Assembly (NCBI GenBank): GCA_001793095.1
Contig: MGHG01000009.1
Location: forward strand, 221,849 to 285,848
Direction: 5' to 3'
DNA length: 64,000 nucleotides
From: Candidatus Woesebacteria bacterium RIFCSPLOWO2_01_FULL_39_23
Lineage (GTDB): Bacteria; Patescibacteriota; Microgenomatia; UBA8517
Below are positions 50,992-60,970 of this stretch, piece after piece. The number at the start of each line of letters is the position of its first letter. The first letter of the stretch is position 1. The notes under the pieces were generated by a model. It was not told the DNA's origin. It ran no database searches and saw only the letters and a program-made list of their open reading frames with translations. A program made the position numbers and the translations under genes.

Positions 50992-52691
50992 CTTTTTTCT
51001 AAAATCCTAAACGCAACCTTGCCGTTTAAATATCTTATTTCTCTTATTTCACTAAAATCGAATTTAGTGAAGTCAGCATGGATTCTATCCGCATTTCCTA
51101 CAACTATATAGGATTTTGTGGCTCCAATATGGGGAAAACTATAATCCTCAAAACGAATATTATCCAATCTTTCGACTTGGCCCACATCACCCCTATACAC
51201 ACTCTCTTTTAACTTGGCCTTGCTTTGATAGAGTATTGGGTCATATTTTCCATAGAATAGAAAGTAGATATAAGGTTGTGCAAATGTTTGCTGGACAATA
51301 ACCTCGTTATATTCATCCTTAATAGGAGATACCACCTCGACAATCTGTTTATATCCATACTCCCAAAGTTTTGAATCGTGATTTGGAAGATGTACAAAAT
51401 AAGAATCAAAAAAATAAATCAAACTTCCGACATAAAGTGCAGTTAGAAGTATGTAGCTGGTAGCTCGGATAAATGCATGGGTTTTAATATTCTGCAACCA
51501 TAAAATTATTCCATTTAGACCAAAGGAAAGAATTATTATAAGTGGGATTACCATATTCATCGATCGTATCGCATGTACTTCATTGCGCGAAAGAACAGAT
51601 GGCAAAGGCGCGAATATAAGCCACAACGATACAAATAATATTTCTTTCATTAGTTTTCTTTTACATAGTACAATTAAACCCGCTAATAAAAATATTGCAT
51701 CCGTCATTAATAACATACCCTGATGTGGCGAGGAATGCCGCGGATTTGACCAATCACCTTCAAAAAATAAAAACCTGCTCGACATATGGTTGAACCACCT
51801 CCCCATTATTCCTCGAAAATAATTTAATGATTCGGTATGAAATAAATAATAACGTAAAGAACCGACTTTATCGTTATCCTCACTCAAGAATTTTTGTAAT
51901 TGATCGCCCGGCCTTGGATAAGAAAAAACGCTAAAAACAGTTAGCCTCCCCGCTTCTCCATTAACATAACTTTTGATAACGGGTACTAAACATAGACTAA
52001 CAATTAGCGTGCTTATAATCACAGGCTTAGAGGCGGGTTTAAAAACACCCCAAAAACTTTTCCAATATATAATCATCAGCAATGTCACAACTATTAAAGT
52101 AGAGAGCTTGGTACCCTGATATGTAATAAAAGTTAACGCAAAAAAGAGTACCGAGTAAATTAGAAATTTTGGCTTTCGAAAAGATTTGAGAAAAAAAAAT
52201 ATCCCAGCTAAGGTTAAAGTAAGGGCAACGTTTGCTTCCCAGGCTCCTCTAGAAAAATATATTAACCACGGTGTAATAGAAGAAATAAATGCGGATAATA
52301 TTGCAAGTCGACGATTGCCGAACAATTCTTTTGTAATTAGATAAATTAAGTAAACCGTTATTATCCCTGCCGTTGCGCTCGGGAGTCTAACGGAATATTC
52401 GTTTAACCCCAAAAGAGCGATGAAGGGAGCAGCTAAATAAATATAAAAACCAGGTTTGTAGTCCCCGAAAGATTTAAAAATAATCGGCAATACTTTCCCG
52501 TATTCGTCCCGACCGGTATTCAAAATTGAATATGCGTTATATCCGAGAGCGGCTTCGTCGGGGGTCAAGCTCGGAGGTATGCTCCCCAACTTCCATAGTC
52601 TTAATAAAACTGATAACAGAATAATAAAAAACAATAACATAGTACTGGTTTTGAGTTTTAAGTTATGAGTTCTAAGTTTATTTATTTTCAT
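50988..52691 (-). CDS. ArnT/PMT_2-like GT-C glycosyltransferase (paralog set P)
   Basis: DEAALGYNAYSIL.TGRDEYG, FGDYKP, VRLP, PW...SR.AWE; start uncertain (52691 or 52640). Confidence 0.88.
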   Translation of the reverse strand: MKINKLRTHNLKLKTSTMLLFFIILLSVLLRLWKLGSIPPSLTPDEAALGYNAYSILNTGRDEYGKVLPIIFKSFGDYKPGFYIYLAAPFIALLGLNEYSVRLPSATAGIITVYLIYLITKELFGNRRLAILSAFISSITPWLIYFSRGAWEANVALTLTLAGIFFFLKSFRKPKFLIYSVLFFALTFITYQGTKLSTLIVVTLLMIIYWKSFWGVFKPASKPVIISTLIVSLCLVPVIKSYVNGEAGRLTVFSVFSYPRPGDQLQKFLSEDNDKVGSLRYYLFHTESLNYFRGIMGRWFNHMSSRFLFFEGDWSNPRHSSPHQGMLLMTDAIFLLAGLIVLCKRKLMKEILFVSLWLIFAPLPSVLSRNEVHAIRSMNMVIPLIIILSFGLNGIILWLQNIKTHAFIRATSYILLTALYVGSLIYFFDSYFVHLPNHDSKLWEYGYKQIVEVVSPIKDEYNEVIVQQTFAQPYIYFLFYGKYDPILYQSKAKLKESVYRGDVGQVERLDNIRFEDYSFPHIGATKSYIVVGNADRIHADFTKFDFSEIREIRYLNGKVAFRILEKR

Positions 52692-54408
52692 ATATTTCAA
52701 AAGCAGTCTTTCCATCCAAATAATTAACGGTTTCTAACTTGTTCCAATTCATCGGCACATTTCCCGGACTAGTTATCAACATACAATTTATTTTTTTGCA
52801 CTCAAAGCCGCCCCCGTATTCCATCTTCCATAGTCCATCTTCTAGTTTCGGTATATCCCAGTCATTAACAAAATAAAATTTGTCGAACCGATCAACCCAA
52901 TACCAGTTAGACTGATGGAAACGAATTAGATTCGGATCGTTTTTATATTGTTGCGGATCCCATGGCCAAAAGAAAAGGAGAAACTCGTGGGGTTCACCGT
53001 ATTTTTTCGTAACGATAATTTTATCGTACTTACCGTAATTTACCCTTGCATAATTTATAACCTCTTTATACCCGTACTGCCAAGACCATGAGTAGTTTAA
53101 TCTGTAATTCCCAAAATAATTCCTCAAATATGCATAAACAGAAATTCCTAGGAATGTGAAATATATAATTGCAGCAAGTGGTGCGAATGCTTTGAATGTG
53201 TGATAACTTATCCAGTACTTCATACCGGCTGTAACCCTTCCCTTAACCATCCATTCCCAAATCGTAGCTAAACCAAATGCAGATAACAACATTGGCAGAG
53301 GTAGCATTGTTGAGGCCCTCGTTACAGCAAATGTTTCATTAGTAATACTTCCCGATATCGGACTTAATAAAAGCCAAGTTAATATTAATAAGTAGTCCTT
53401 CGATCCTTTGATGGCATTTTTTATTACTAAAAATATACCCAGGTAGAAAAAGGGTAAGTTAACAAGATACGATAAACCAAAACCCGGAAGGTTATATTGA
53501 TATTGAGTCCCTCCTTTAAAAAAGAGAAACTTCGGTGAAAAATATCCAAGAAAATTCGAGGTAAATTTTGTAATAAAATATGTCGGACGGTTATAAACAA
53601 ATCTTGCAATTTCATAAGGAAGAGTAGAAGCTTCACGCTTTTCAATAATACGATTGATCGCAGCCTGGTCGATAATAAAGAGCCACTTCGACCTAGCTCT
53701 CGAATTCGGATCGATTAAAATAACTACCGAGACTAGAAAAAAAACAATTATTGAAACAATAAATATTAATGAAATTAATCCTTTCCTCAAATATTTCTCT
53801 TTGAAATCATTTCTGAATATAAAAAGAGTTACTATAACTAAAAGCGGGGAAAAAATGCGCGTCGAATGATACGAAAATAATGTCAGAAACATTAATATGA
53901 ATGAGGCGGGAAGAAGAAATTTACTTTTGTGTTTATTGAAAAAGGCTGCCATGCCTGCGGTGAGTAAAAATATGGAAAGGTTTTGTTGGAGTACTATCCT
54001 TGATGTAAATAAAGTCCATGGTTCCAATACGACCAAGAGTGTTGTCAATAGTGATATGCCCCTGCTTTTAGTTAACGCATATGCTAAAAAATAGGCAGCG
54101 AGGGCAGTTAGTATACCCAAGATTGCATGCGGTAAACGTATTGAGAACGTACTTAATCCCAGAGCCGCAACGTAAGGAATAGTTAAATAAAGGTTTAAGG
54201 GAAGGGGATAATCTCCATAAGCTCGAAAATTTAAAATCGGAATCTTTCCCCATTCATCCGTTCCTGTTTTCAAAAGTGAATAAGCGTTATAGCCATGAGA
54301 GATTTCGTCCCACGACACAGATGGCGGATTTTCGCTAAGGTTAAACACTCTTAAGATAAATCCTGAGATTAGAATAATGGCCAAAAGTATATATATTCTT
54401 CTATTCAT
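52678..54408 (-). CDS. ArnT/PMT_2-like GT-C glycosyltransferase (paralog set P)
   Basis: WDEISHGYNAYSLLKTGTDEWG, YGDYP, IRLP, PW...SR. Confidence 0.88.
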   Translation of the reverse strand: MNRRIYILLAIILISGFILRVFNLSENPPSVSWDEISHGYNAYSLLKTGTDEWGKIPILNFRAYGDYPLPLNLYLTIPYVAALGLSTFSIRLPHAILGILTALAAYFLAYALTKSRGISLLTTLLVVLEPWTLFTSRIVLQQNLSIFLLTAGMAAFFNKHKSKFLLPASFILMFLTLFSYHSTRIFSPLLVIVTLFIFRNDFKEKYLRKGLISLIFIVSIIVFFLVSVVILIDPNSRARSKWLFIIDQAAINRIIEKREASTLPYEIARFVYNRPTYFITKFTSNFLGYFSPKFLFFKGGTQYQYNLPGFGLSYLVNLPFFYLGIFLVIKNAIKGSKDYLLILTWLLLSPISGSITNETFAVTRASTMLPLPMLLSAFGLATIWEWMVKGRVTAGMKYWISYHTFKAFAPLAAIIYFTFLGISVYAYLRNYFGNYRLNYSWSWQYGYKEVINYARVNYGKYDKIIVTKKYGEPHEFLLFFWPWDPQQYKNDPNLIRFHQSNWYWVDRFDKFYFVNDWDIPKLEDGLWKMEYGGGFECKKINCMLITSPGNVPMNWNKLETVNYLDGKTAFEIYENK

Positions 54409-56068
54409 GTTTTTTCTTCAAGATAAGCAAACCAGCTAGTGCGAAACCGGCCAAACTTAAAAAATCTGTAAATAATCTGAATGGTGTCTCTTTCCAATAA
54501 ACACGTACCGTCGCAGGCGTACCATCTAAATGAATTTTGATATTCCCGTTCGGTTCTTTTATTTCAGTAGGCACTTCATTACCATTTACTTCTGCATACC
54601 AGCCGGGGAAATAATAGGAGTTAAAATACAAATCGCCTTTGCCGTTAACCTCTGCAGTGTAATCAATACTTGTATGTTCCGTAATACCAATTATAACTAA
54701 ATCATCAGATGTGAATTTTGCTGATTGGAGTTCAGAGGGTCGATCTCTTGCCCAGACGGGTAATAACAAATAATCTTCGCTATAATTTTTATATATCAAG
54801 CTTTCTTGTGATTTACCTGCGGATAACCGATTAGCAAAGAAGCGTTTCAAAAAATAATTATCATCGGGATTATAATACTCACTTGGCTTAAAATAAGCCA
54901 GTCCAGCCAATAAACTAAACATAATTAGCACAATTAATAATATTTTCCCGATTTTTGTGCGACTATTAATGAAGATCACCATGCTTGAGGTTAAAAAAGC
55001 GGTCAACATAAGAAGTCTCCAGGGGAATTGAATAAACTTGGACAAAGTTGAAATCTCCCAAATAAAAGTTGATCTGATGTTCATCATAAACAAAATCAAC
55101 AACGTCGCCGCGAGAAAAATAGTAGCCTCTATGTTTTTAAGTCCCTTTTTATATACAAAAATAGCAGTTACGATAATCAATGAAATATTCACAAGTCCAA
55201 TTTGAAAAGACATGTCATCATAAACGCCAGGGTTTGATGCTCCGTATCCCCACGAAGGAATAATCAGTTGTTTAATGAAAGGAAAGTGATCTTTATAATT
55301 AAAGGGTGTAATACTTACCAGATATTTTTGTTCTATTAAAGATGGCATCCAAAAAAAAGCACTTATCAGAAATCCGACAATAATACCTTCAAATATTTTA
55401 ATATAATTTCTGTTTTTAAAAGTTGTTAAAGATATAATAAATCCGTAAATAAACACACCCGGCATAAAAATTAATGGTGCAAGATTGTGGCTTAATATAA
55501 GTAAGGCCGTAAATAAACTCAAAAATCCTATGTCTTTCGTTTCGCCTGATTTAGCAACTTTGTAAACAAAATAAGCTATCAAGGGAAAGAAGATAAAAGC
55601 ATACAATTCCCCCAAAGCGCCCCTTATATAAAGGTCAACGGCACGGTAAGGCGTAAAAGTATAAACCAGAGCTCCCGTAAAGCTTGTCAATTTATCCGCG
55701 TGAAGTCTCAGCCATTTATACATAAGCATCGAAGATGCCGGAATAGTTAACAGGAATAGCATTTTAAGAGATATAACCAACGAGCCGGTAAGTTCATAAA
55801 ACAATGCACCTATATAAAAGGGTAGTGGGTAATAAAAATTAAATAGTGGATAACCATAGTTATAACTCATATCCGGTGCCCACCGCGGAGGGATCTGACC
55901 TGACCCGATTGCCCTAATCATTTGATATAAATTAGCAATGTGGGGTTCATCCGAAAAATAATAAAATCCCCGATGCAAGAGGGGTAAGCTTGCCGGTATT
56001 ATAAATACAAGTAACAGTACTAACCAACCGGTGTCAGACCAAAACAGGTTTTTTGTAAATTTTTTCAT
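54401..56068 (-). CDS. YfhO/PTPS-related GT-C membrane protein
   Basis: GQIPPRWAPD...YGYPLFNFYYPL, PYR..D.YIRGA.GE, SHNL, QFPWR, YFPGW. Confidence 0.85.
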   Translation of the reverse strand: MKKFTKNLFWSDTGWLVLLLVFIIPASLPLLHRGFYYFSDEPHIANLYQMIRAIGSGQIPPRWAPDMSYNYGYPLFNFYYPLPFYIGALFYELTGSLVISLKMLFLLTIPASSMLMYKWLRLHADKLTSFTGALVYTFTPYRAVDLYIRGALGELYAFIFFPLIAYFVYKVAKSGETKDIGFLSLFTALLILSHNLAPLIFMPGVFIYGFIISLTTFKNRNYIKIFEGIIVGFLISAFFWMPSLIEQKYLVSITPFNYKDHFPFIKQLIIPSWGYGASNPGVYDDMSFQIGLVNISLIIVTAIFVYKKGLKNIEATIFLAATLLILFMMNIRSTFIWEISTLSKFIQFPWRLLMLTAFLTSSMVIFINSRTKIGKILLIVLIMFSLLAGLAYFKPSEYYNPDDNYFLKRFFANRLSAGKSQESLIYKNYSEDYLLLPVWARDRPSELQSAKFTSDDLVIIGITEHTSIDYTAEVNGKGDLYFNSYYFPGWYAEVNGNEVPTEIKEPNGNIKIHLDGTPATVRVYWKETPFRLFTDFLSLAGFALAGLLILKKKHE

Positions 56069-57828
56069 GACGTCCTCCCCCGAGTCAGACTCGGGGGTTT
56101 CCCTAAGGAGGATGACTTGTCAGAGTTCAATTCACCCCCGGCCTGAAGGGCAGGGTTTTCTTGAACATTGTTATAAAGAATGTTATTTATAATTATTAAA
56201 AACATCGAGACTAAACTTACTATTGAAACCATATCGCCGGCAGTTCTCGGAAAAGAATTATTAAGACTTGCGTAAACAACATAATGCCCCTTGGTTAAGT
56301 CAAATTTTGGGAGTCCCAGGGTCCCGGAATTTGTATAAGGTATATCCGTATCGTTTGCGCTAATCTTCCAAACCGGGAAAGAATACGCAGGTAAAGCCAG
56401 TTCCGCCATACCGCTTTCTACAATTAAATCATATTTAAACCAATTACTACCTTTTATCGATGATTTTAAGTTAATTTCTCCGGTTAAGGGGATTAATCCT
56501 TCGGGTGCTACGTCATCGGGTGCACGCGACGCACTTTTTGGGAGGTAATCATAAATACTTGCAGTTAACTGTCTTTTCAAATTTTCGCCGCTAAGTTTTT
56601 CAGAATCATTTATAAAAAACCAATCTTTCGGTTTAAACATCCGCGAATAAAAAATAAGTATAATAAATATCGTAGCTAACGAGGAAAAGATTAAGAACTT
56701 GCCCTTAGACTGATTAAGAGCAAAACCGGCGAAAAAGGAAGATATAAAAATCGGCATCATAAGGAATCTCCAAGGAAACTGAAGAAATTCAAGAAAAGAT
56801 AAATTTTGCCAGATAAATATTGATTTGCTGTGAGACATAAACGCATAACCTAAAAAGCCCATCATACCGAATAAAAATAACGCCAAATTTAGTTTACGTT
56901 TGTTCACTTTAACAATTAATACCATTAAACCAGTAATAACTGCCAAGGTATGAATTGGGCCAATACCTAAAAAGGCATCGTCCCCTGCTCCGATAACCGA
57001 AGGGCCATAACCCCAATGAGTAAATACGAATAATTGACTAACGCTAAGAAAGTGTTGAAGGTAACCGAAATAACCAGCCGTCAAAGTCTCTACATGCACC
57101 AAATTTCTTTCATAAATAAGTGGTATTAAGAAAAAAGATGATAATCCTACACCTAATAATGAATACTGAAAAAGATCAATAAGTGCCTGCGATCTAACTT
57201 TGTAAAACTTTAATCGAAGCACAACCCAAATTAAAAAGATCGGAAGTACGATTAATACGGTCAGGTTGTGTGTTATGAAAAATATCGAGAGCGATAAAGA
57301 AAGTATTATTCCGGAAATTTTGCTTTTTTTCGCCAAATAATTTTCAAGTGCCCAAAAGATGAGTGGAACTACAACCAGCCCCCAACTCTCACCCATCGCA
57401 CCGCGAACATAAATTCCAGCAGCTCTCATCGGTGCGTAAATATATAAAGCAGTCGTTGCAAAAGATACATATTGTTTAAAAAATCTTCTTGAAAATAAAT
57501 AAAAAAACAGGGCAGAAAAAATAACGCTCAAGATAAAACCCGCTTTTACTGAATTAATTAACGATATCCCCAACAAATGAATTCCCTCCATGATGTAGTA
57601 CGGAAGCGGAGCATAATATATATAAAGCGGATAGCCATAACCTAACCCTAAATCCGGCACCCACCGGCAAGGAATTTGGCCATCCCTGAGGCATTTATCC
57701 ATCTCCCAAACACGTACAACCTGCATATCATCATACATTGAATAAAACCCACCTTTAAATAACGGAAATATTGCTGGAAGACACAGCAATAATAAAGTAA
57801 ATGCTGTGATGATGTTTTTCTTGAGCAT
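56065..57828 (-). CDS. YfhO/PTPS-related GT-C membrane protein; last 35 aa encoded by a mobile element
   Basis: DGQIPCRWVPD...GYGYPL..YYAPL, YVRGAMGE, THN, QFPWRFL; start placed at MLKKN. Confidence 0.85.
   Translation of the reverse strand: MLKKNIITAFTLLLLCLPAIFPLFKGGFYSMYDDMQVVRVWEMDKCLRDGQIPCRWVPDLGLGYGYPLYIYYAPLPYYIMEGIHLLGISLINSVKAGFILSVIFSALFFYLFSRRFFKQYVSFATTALYIYAPMRAAGIYVRGAMGESWGLVVVPLIFWALENYLAKKSKISGIILSLSLSIFFITHNLTVLIVLPIFLIWVVLRLKFYKVRSQALIDLFQYSLLGVGLSSFFLIPLIYERNLVHVETLTAGYFGYLQHFLSVSQLFVFTHWGYGPSVIGAGDDAFLGIGPIHTLAVITGLMVLIVKVNKRKLNLALFLFGMMGFLGYAFMSHSKSIFIWQNLSFLEFLQFPWRFLMMPIFISSFFAGFALNQSKGKFLIFSSLATIFIILIFYSRMFKPKDWFFINDSEKLSGENLKRQLTASIYDYLPKSASRAPDDVAPEGLIPLTGEINLKSSIKGSNWFKYDLIVESGMAELALPAYSFPVWKISANDTDIPYTNSGTLGLPKFDLTKGHYVVYASLNNSFPRTAGDMVSIVSLVSMFLIIINNILYNNVQENPALQAGGELNSDKSSSLGKPPSLTRGRTS
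56067..56172 (-). mobile_element. 106-bp non-autonomous IS200/IS605 derivative (PATE/MITE)
   Basis: Target TTAT (56173-56176); left guide AAAA plus hairpin CCCTGCCC-TTCA-GGCCGGGG; right guide GAAA plus perfect 10-bp hairpin CCCCCGAGTC-T-GACTCGGGGG, 10 nt from the TCAT end; no target duplication. Confidence 0.88.
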
Positions 57829-57885
57829 GTGAATCGGCTTTTTTAGTCTAAGCACTATATTCAATTGTAACACCCCCTTAATGCT

Positions 57886-57894
57886 TGTTAAAAT
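57886..57894 (+). promoter_or_regulatory. Extended -10 box 6 nt before GTG
   Basis: TGtTAAAAT-ataacg-GTG(57901). Confidence 0.6.
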
Positions 57895-57900
57895 ATAACG

Positions 57901-58725
57901 GTGAAGTTGAAAAAAATAATTATATTTCTCGGACTAATCTTTTGGCCTCTGACCCTATTATTAGCGAACACCCCATTGGATCTGATACGCTACTTGTTAC
58001 CGGCATTGATATTACTATTTTCTTTCAATCTCTTCCAAAAAGGTAAAAATTACTTCGAATATCCGCTTTTGTTCATATCGTTAATTGAACCCAAACTAAC
58101 ACTATTTCCACTTATTTTTGCCTTGATACTATATATAACCGACAAAAAACATATAACCCTAAGACGAAGTTCAGTAGTCCTCCTGATATCAATCGCTCTT
58201 ATCGTTACTAATTTTTTTGAATTGTCACGACAAACTATCTTCGTCAAAGATTATGAAGCACAACAAAAAGTCCTCAGAAATATTACCCTGTATCCAAATG
58301 TGTTAACTGCCAGGATCTTTCAAAACAAAGCCAGAATTATCATCAACAAATTCGATGATAATTTTTTTACGCTAACAGATCCGAATAATTATTTTTTCAG
58401 TAATCACCCAAGGGAAGATATCTTAGCGAATCAAAACTTAATAAAATATCCTTTTCTGGCTATTATTCCGTTTTTTATCGGAATCTATTTTATTTCTAAA
58501 AATAATGACCGGAAATTTATTATAATATCAGCAGTTGCAGCATTATTAACCCTAACACTCCTGACAAACTTCGACCGACACGATTTTGTTTTATGGGTTC
58601 CCGTATCGCTTATATTTACTGATGGGGTTAAGAAAATGGCGAAAAAAAAATATTTTACGGTTTTCGCTTCCATTTTTCTTATCATCTCATTTATTGAATT
58701 AATCCGTGCATACTACCTTTTTTAA
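57901..58725 (+). CDS. Short membrane protein resembling the middle/C-terminal part of the ArnT-like paralogs
   Basis: ARIFQNKA...F..NFF...DPNNYFF resembles SRVFSNKA...F..NYF...SP..LF; no DE loop. Confidence 0.65.
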   Translation: MKLKKIIIFLGLIFWPLTLLLANTPLDLIRYLLPALILLFSFNLFQKGKNYFEYPLLFISLIEPKLTLFPLIFALILYITDKKHITLRRSSVVLLISIALIVTNFFELSRQTIFVKDYEAQQKVLRNITLYPNVLTARIFQNKARIIINKFDDNFFTLTDPNNYFFSNHPREDILANQNLIKYPFLAIIPFFIGIYFISKNNDRKFIIISAVAALLTLTLLTNFDRHDFVLWVPVSLIFTDGVKKMAKKKYFTVFASIFLIISFIELIRAYYLF

Positions 58726-58727
58726 AT

Positions 58728-60407
58728 ATGACTAAAAAAATATCTTTACTGATTTTAATTTTGGCAATACTACTTGCCGTAATTACCCGATTATATAAAT
58801 TAGGCGAGGCACCTCACGGACTATATGTCGACGAAGCCGGACAGGGTTATAGCGCATACTCCATTTTAAAAACCGGTAAGGACGAGTTTGGGATGCCCTA
58901 CCCTTTTGTTTTTAGATCTTTTGCTGATTTTAAAACACCTGTTTATATTTATTTAATTGTTCCCTTAATTCCGGTTTTCGGTCTTACAATTTATGCTGTT
59001 CGGTTTCCTTCTTATTTCTTCAGTATTCTCACTATCATCCTAACCTACTTACTGATTATTGAAATTGCACCCAAAAAGTACAAATACTCGCTTGCCTGTG
59101 TAAGTTCTTTGTTACTTGCCGTTTCCCCCTGGCATATACTCTTTGGCCGGACCAACTTCGAATGCAATGTTGGTCTTTTCTTTTTACTAGGTGGTGTTTA
59201 CTTTTTCTATCTCGGCCTCAAAAAACCCATGTTTATCGTTTTGTCTTCCGTTTTCTTTGCTATTGCGCTTCCGGCTTATCACTCCCAAAGAATTGTTGCC
59301 CCGCTTACCCTTTTAGCATTAACACTTAGGCACAGAAAAGAACTTTTCTTAAAGACCAATACAAAATACCTAATAATTGCCGCCACTGTGGGTTTTCTGA
59401 TAACCTTACCCACCCTTTCTGTTGCTACAACTCCGGGCTTTTTAGCTCGAGCAACCGGTCTAAATATTTTTTCGACCGTTAGGCGGACTCCTTCCGGAAC
59501 ACTTGACGAAGTTAGGGGATTATCATCTTTTTTCGTGAATAACAGAATGTTCCTCTCTTCTAAAGAATTCCTTGCGTTATATCTCGCATATTATTCCCCT
59601 AGAAATATGTTCGTGCTTGGAGATTACGGCCTGAGAAGTTCATTTCCCGATCTTTCAACCTTCTTCATGTGGCAATTCCCGTTTTATATCTACGGAGCTT
59701 ATTTGTTTTTCAAAGAAAAAATGCTTGGTGAGCTTAGATCTATCGTCTTAACACTTTTTTTTATAGCTCCGATACCCGCTGCCGTTACAATAGATCCTTA
59801 TACTACAATCAGATCAATACCGCTTGTTATCCCCCAGCTAATATTTATTGCATTCGCCATAGTTTATGCTTTCGAAAAAATCAAAGACAAAAAGAGTAAA
59901 TATTTCTTTTACATATCTTTCGTTGTAATTCTCATATATTCAATCGCAAAACTATACAGTTCAGTAATCATCATCAATGAATTCTACCGAGCACAAGCTT
60001 GGAATTACGGTTGGGAAGAAGTCGTAGATGTTATAACAACCCGTCTTGATCCCAAAATCCCCATTGTAATAGATAATGCACGGGAAGACGGCTACATCCA
60101 ACTTCTATTTTTCTTAAAATATGATCCGGCAACTTACCAGAAATCAAATAACGAAGTTGCTCTTTCCGAATATTATACAAACATGCAACGCGTCGATTCA
60201 CGACAGATCGGAAATATCACTTCAAGGAAAATAGATTGGACTCCCGACACCATGAAAGAACAATACTTAATTGGGGATAATTTAGCAATATCGAACGAGC
60301 AAATAAAACTTCACTATTTAACCCCCATTACTGATATATTTTATCCCGACGGCAGCACGGCCTTTCGCGTGGTAAAAACAAACCCGAATCTAAAGCCAAG
60401 ACTGTAA
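58728..60407 (+). CDS. ArnT/PMT_2-like GT-C glycosyltransferase (paralog set P)
   Basis: VDEAGQGYSAYSILKTGKDEFG, FADFK.PVY, VRFP, SPWH..FGR..FE. Confidence 0.88.
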   Translation: MTKKISLLILILAILLAVITRLYKLGEAPHGLYVDEAGQGYSAYSILKTGKDEFGMPYPFVFRSFADFKTPVYIYLIVPLIPVFGLTIYAVRFPSYFFSILTIILTYLLIIEIAPKKYKYSLACVSSLLLAVSPWHILFGRTNFECNVGLFFLLGGVYFFYLGLKKPMFIVLSSVFFAIALPAYHSQRIVAPLTLLALTLRHRKELFLKTNTKYLIIAATVGFLITLPTLSVATTPGFLARATGLNIFSTVRRTPSGTLDEVRGLSSFFVNNRMFLSSKEFLALYLAYYSPRNMFVLGDYGLRSSFPDLSTFFMWQFPFYIYGAYLFFKEKMLGELRSIVLTLFFIAPIPAAVTIDPYTTIRSIPLVIPQLIFIAFAIVYAFEKIKDKKSKYFFYISFVVILIYSIAKLYSSVIIINEFYRAQAWNYGWEEVVDVITTRLDPKIPIVIDNAREDGYIQLLFFLKYDPATYQKSNNEVALSEYYTNMQRVDSRQIGNITSRKIDWTPDTMKEQYLIGDNLAISNEQIKLHYLTPITDIFYPDGSTAFRVVKTNPNLKPRL

Positions 60408-60439
60408 ATCTTCAAAGAAATAGACCCTGAAAAATAATA

Positions 60440-60970
60440 TTACTCCCCAAATAATTTATGACCATGTAAAAATTCATTCCAATACTTTACCCATAAAGGT
60501 GTCACCTCATGCTGATACTGAATGGCATCTTGGAGGTTGTTGTAGACCTTAACCTGGTATTGGGTGAAATTTCTGATTTCTTTTGTCCAAATTCTTCTTG
60601 CTGCGTTAAAGTTCTTTCTACCTTCCCAACTAACCCCAGAAAGTCGCTCCTTTATTCTCTCAATTTGACCTCGAATAATTTCCGGTAACTCTGGTAAGTT
60701 TTTTTCCCAATCCATTCGAATATACAATGAAGCTTTTGCGTATTCTGTCCTATGCGGAAGATAAATATTTTTATAACCAAAGGAGTTCTCATCATCACCT
60801 ATGATGCTTGCCAATACATTACCTAGTAGCAATTTATTTGTATCTAACCCCAACTGTGGAGAAATATGCCTCAGCCAGTCGCTATGAAGAGGTCCTGCTA
60901 TTGCCCAAGTTAACGGATTTTTCAGATCGGGTCTTGTTAAGTGAGGTGGCTGTTCAATTTCAAGCGACAT
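60440..60970 (-). CDS. Hypothetical soluble protein
   Basis: 176-aa ORF filling the gap; 1-nt stop/start overlap with the upstream gene; TATAAT 8 nt upstream. Confidence 0.6.
   Translation of the reverse strand: MSLEIEQPPHLTRPDLKNPLTWAIAGPLHSDWLRHISPQLGLDTNKLLLGNVLASIIGDDENSFGYKNIYLPHRTEYAKASLYIRMDWEKNLPELPEIIRGQIERIKERLSGVSWEGRKNFNAARRIWTKEIRNFTQYQVKVYNNLQDAIQYQHEVTPLWVKYWNEFLHGHKLFGE

Noticed and set aside
49738-51467. Further heptamer tracts near 49738-49790 and 51447-51467
   Set aside because: Period is irregular or only two units; too weak without statistics
56067-56172. The mini-element as the substrate of the local RAYT, or as a simple terminator
   Set aside because: Its ends follow IS608-type TnpA guide/cleavage rules and share nothing with the RAYT flank motif; two hairpins with matching guides are more than a terminator
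58153-58179. ITLRRSSVV as a decayed family-B palindrome
   Set aside because: The peptide resembles TTALRSSVV but the DNA is not palindromic and identity is low
60496-60508. AAGGT-GTC-ACCTC as a family-A copy
   Set aside because: Single short imperfect match with no adjacent unit; plausible by chance
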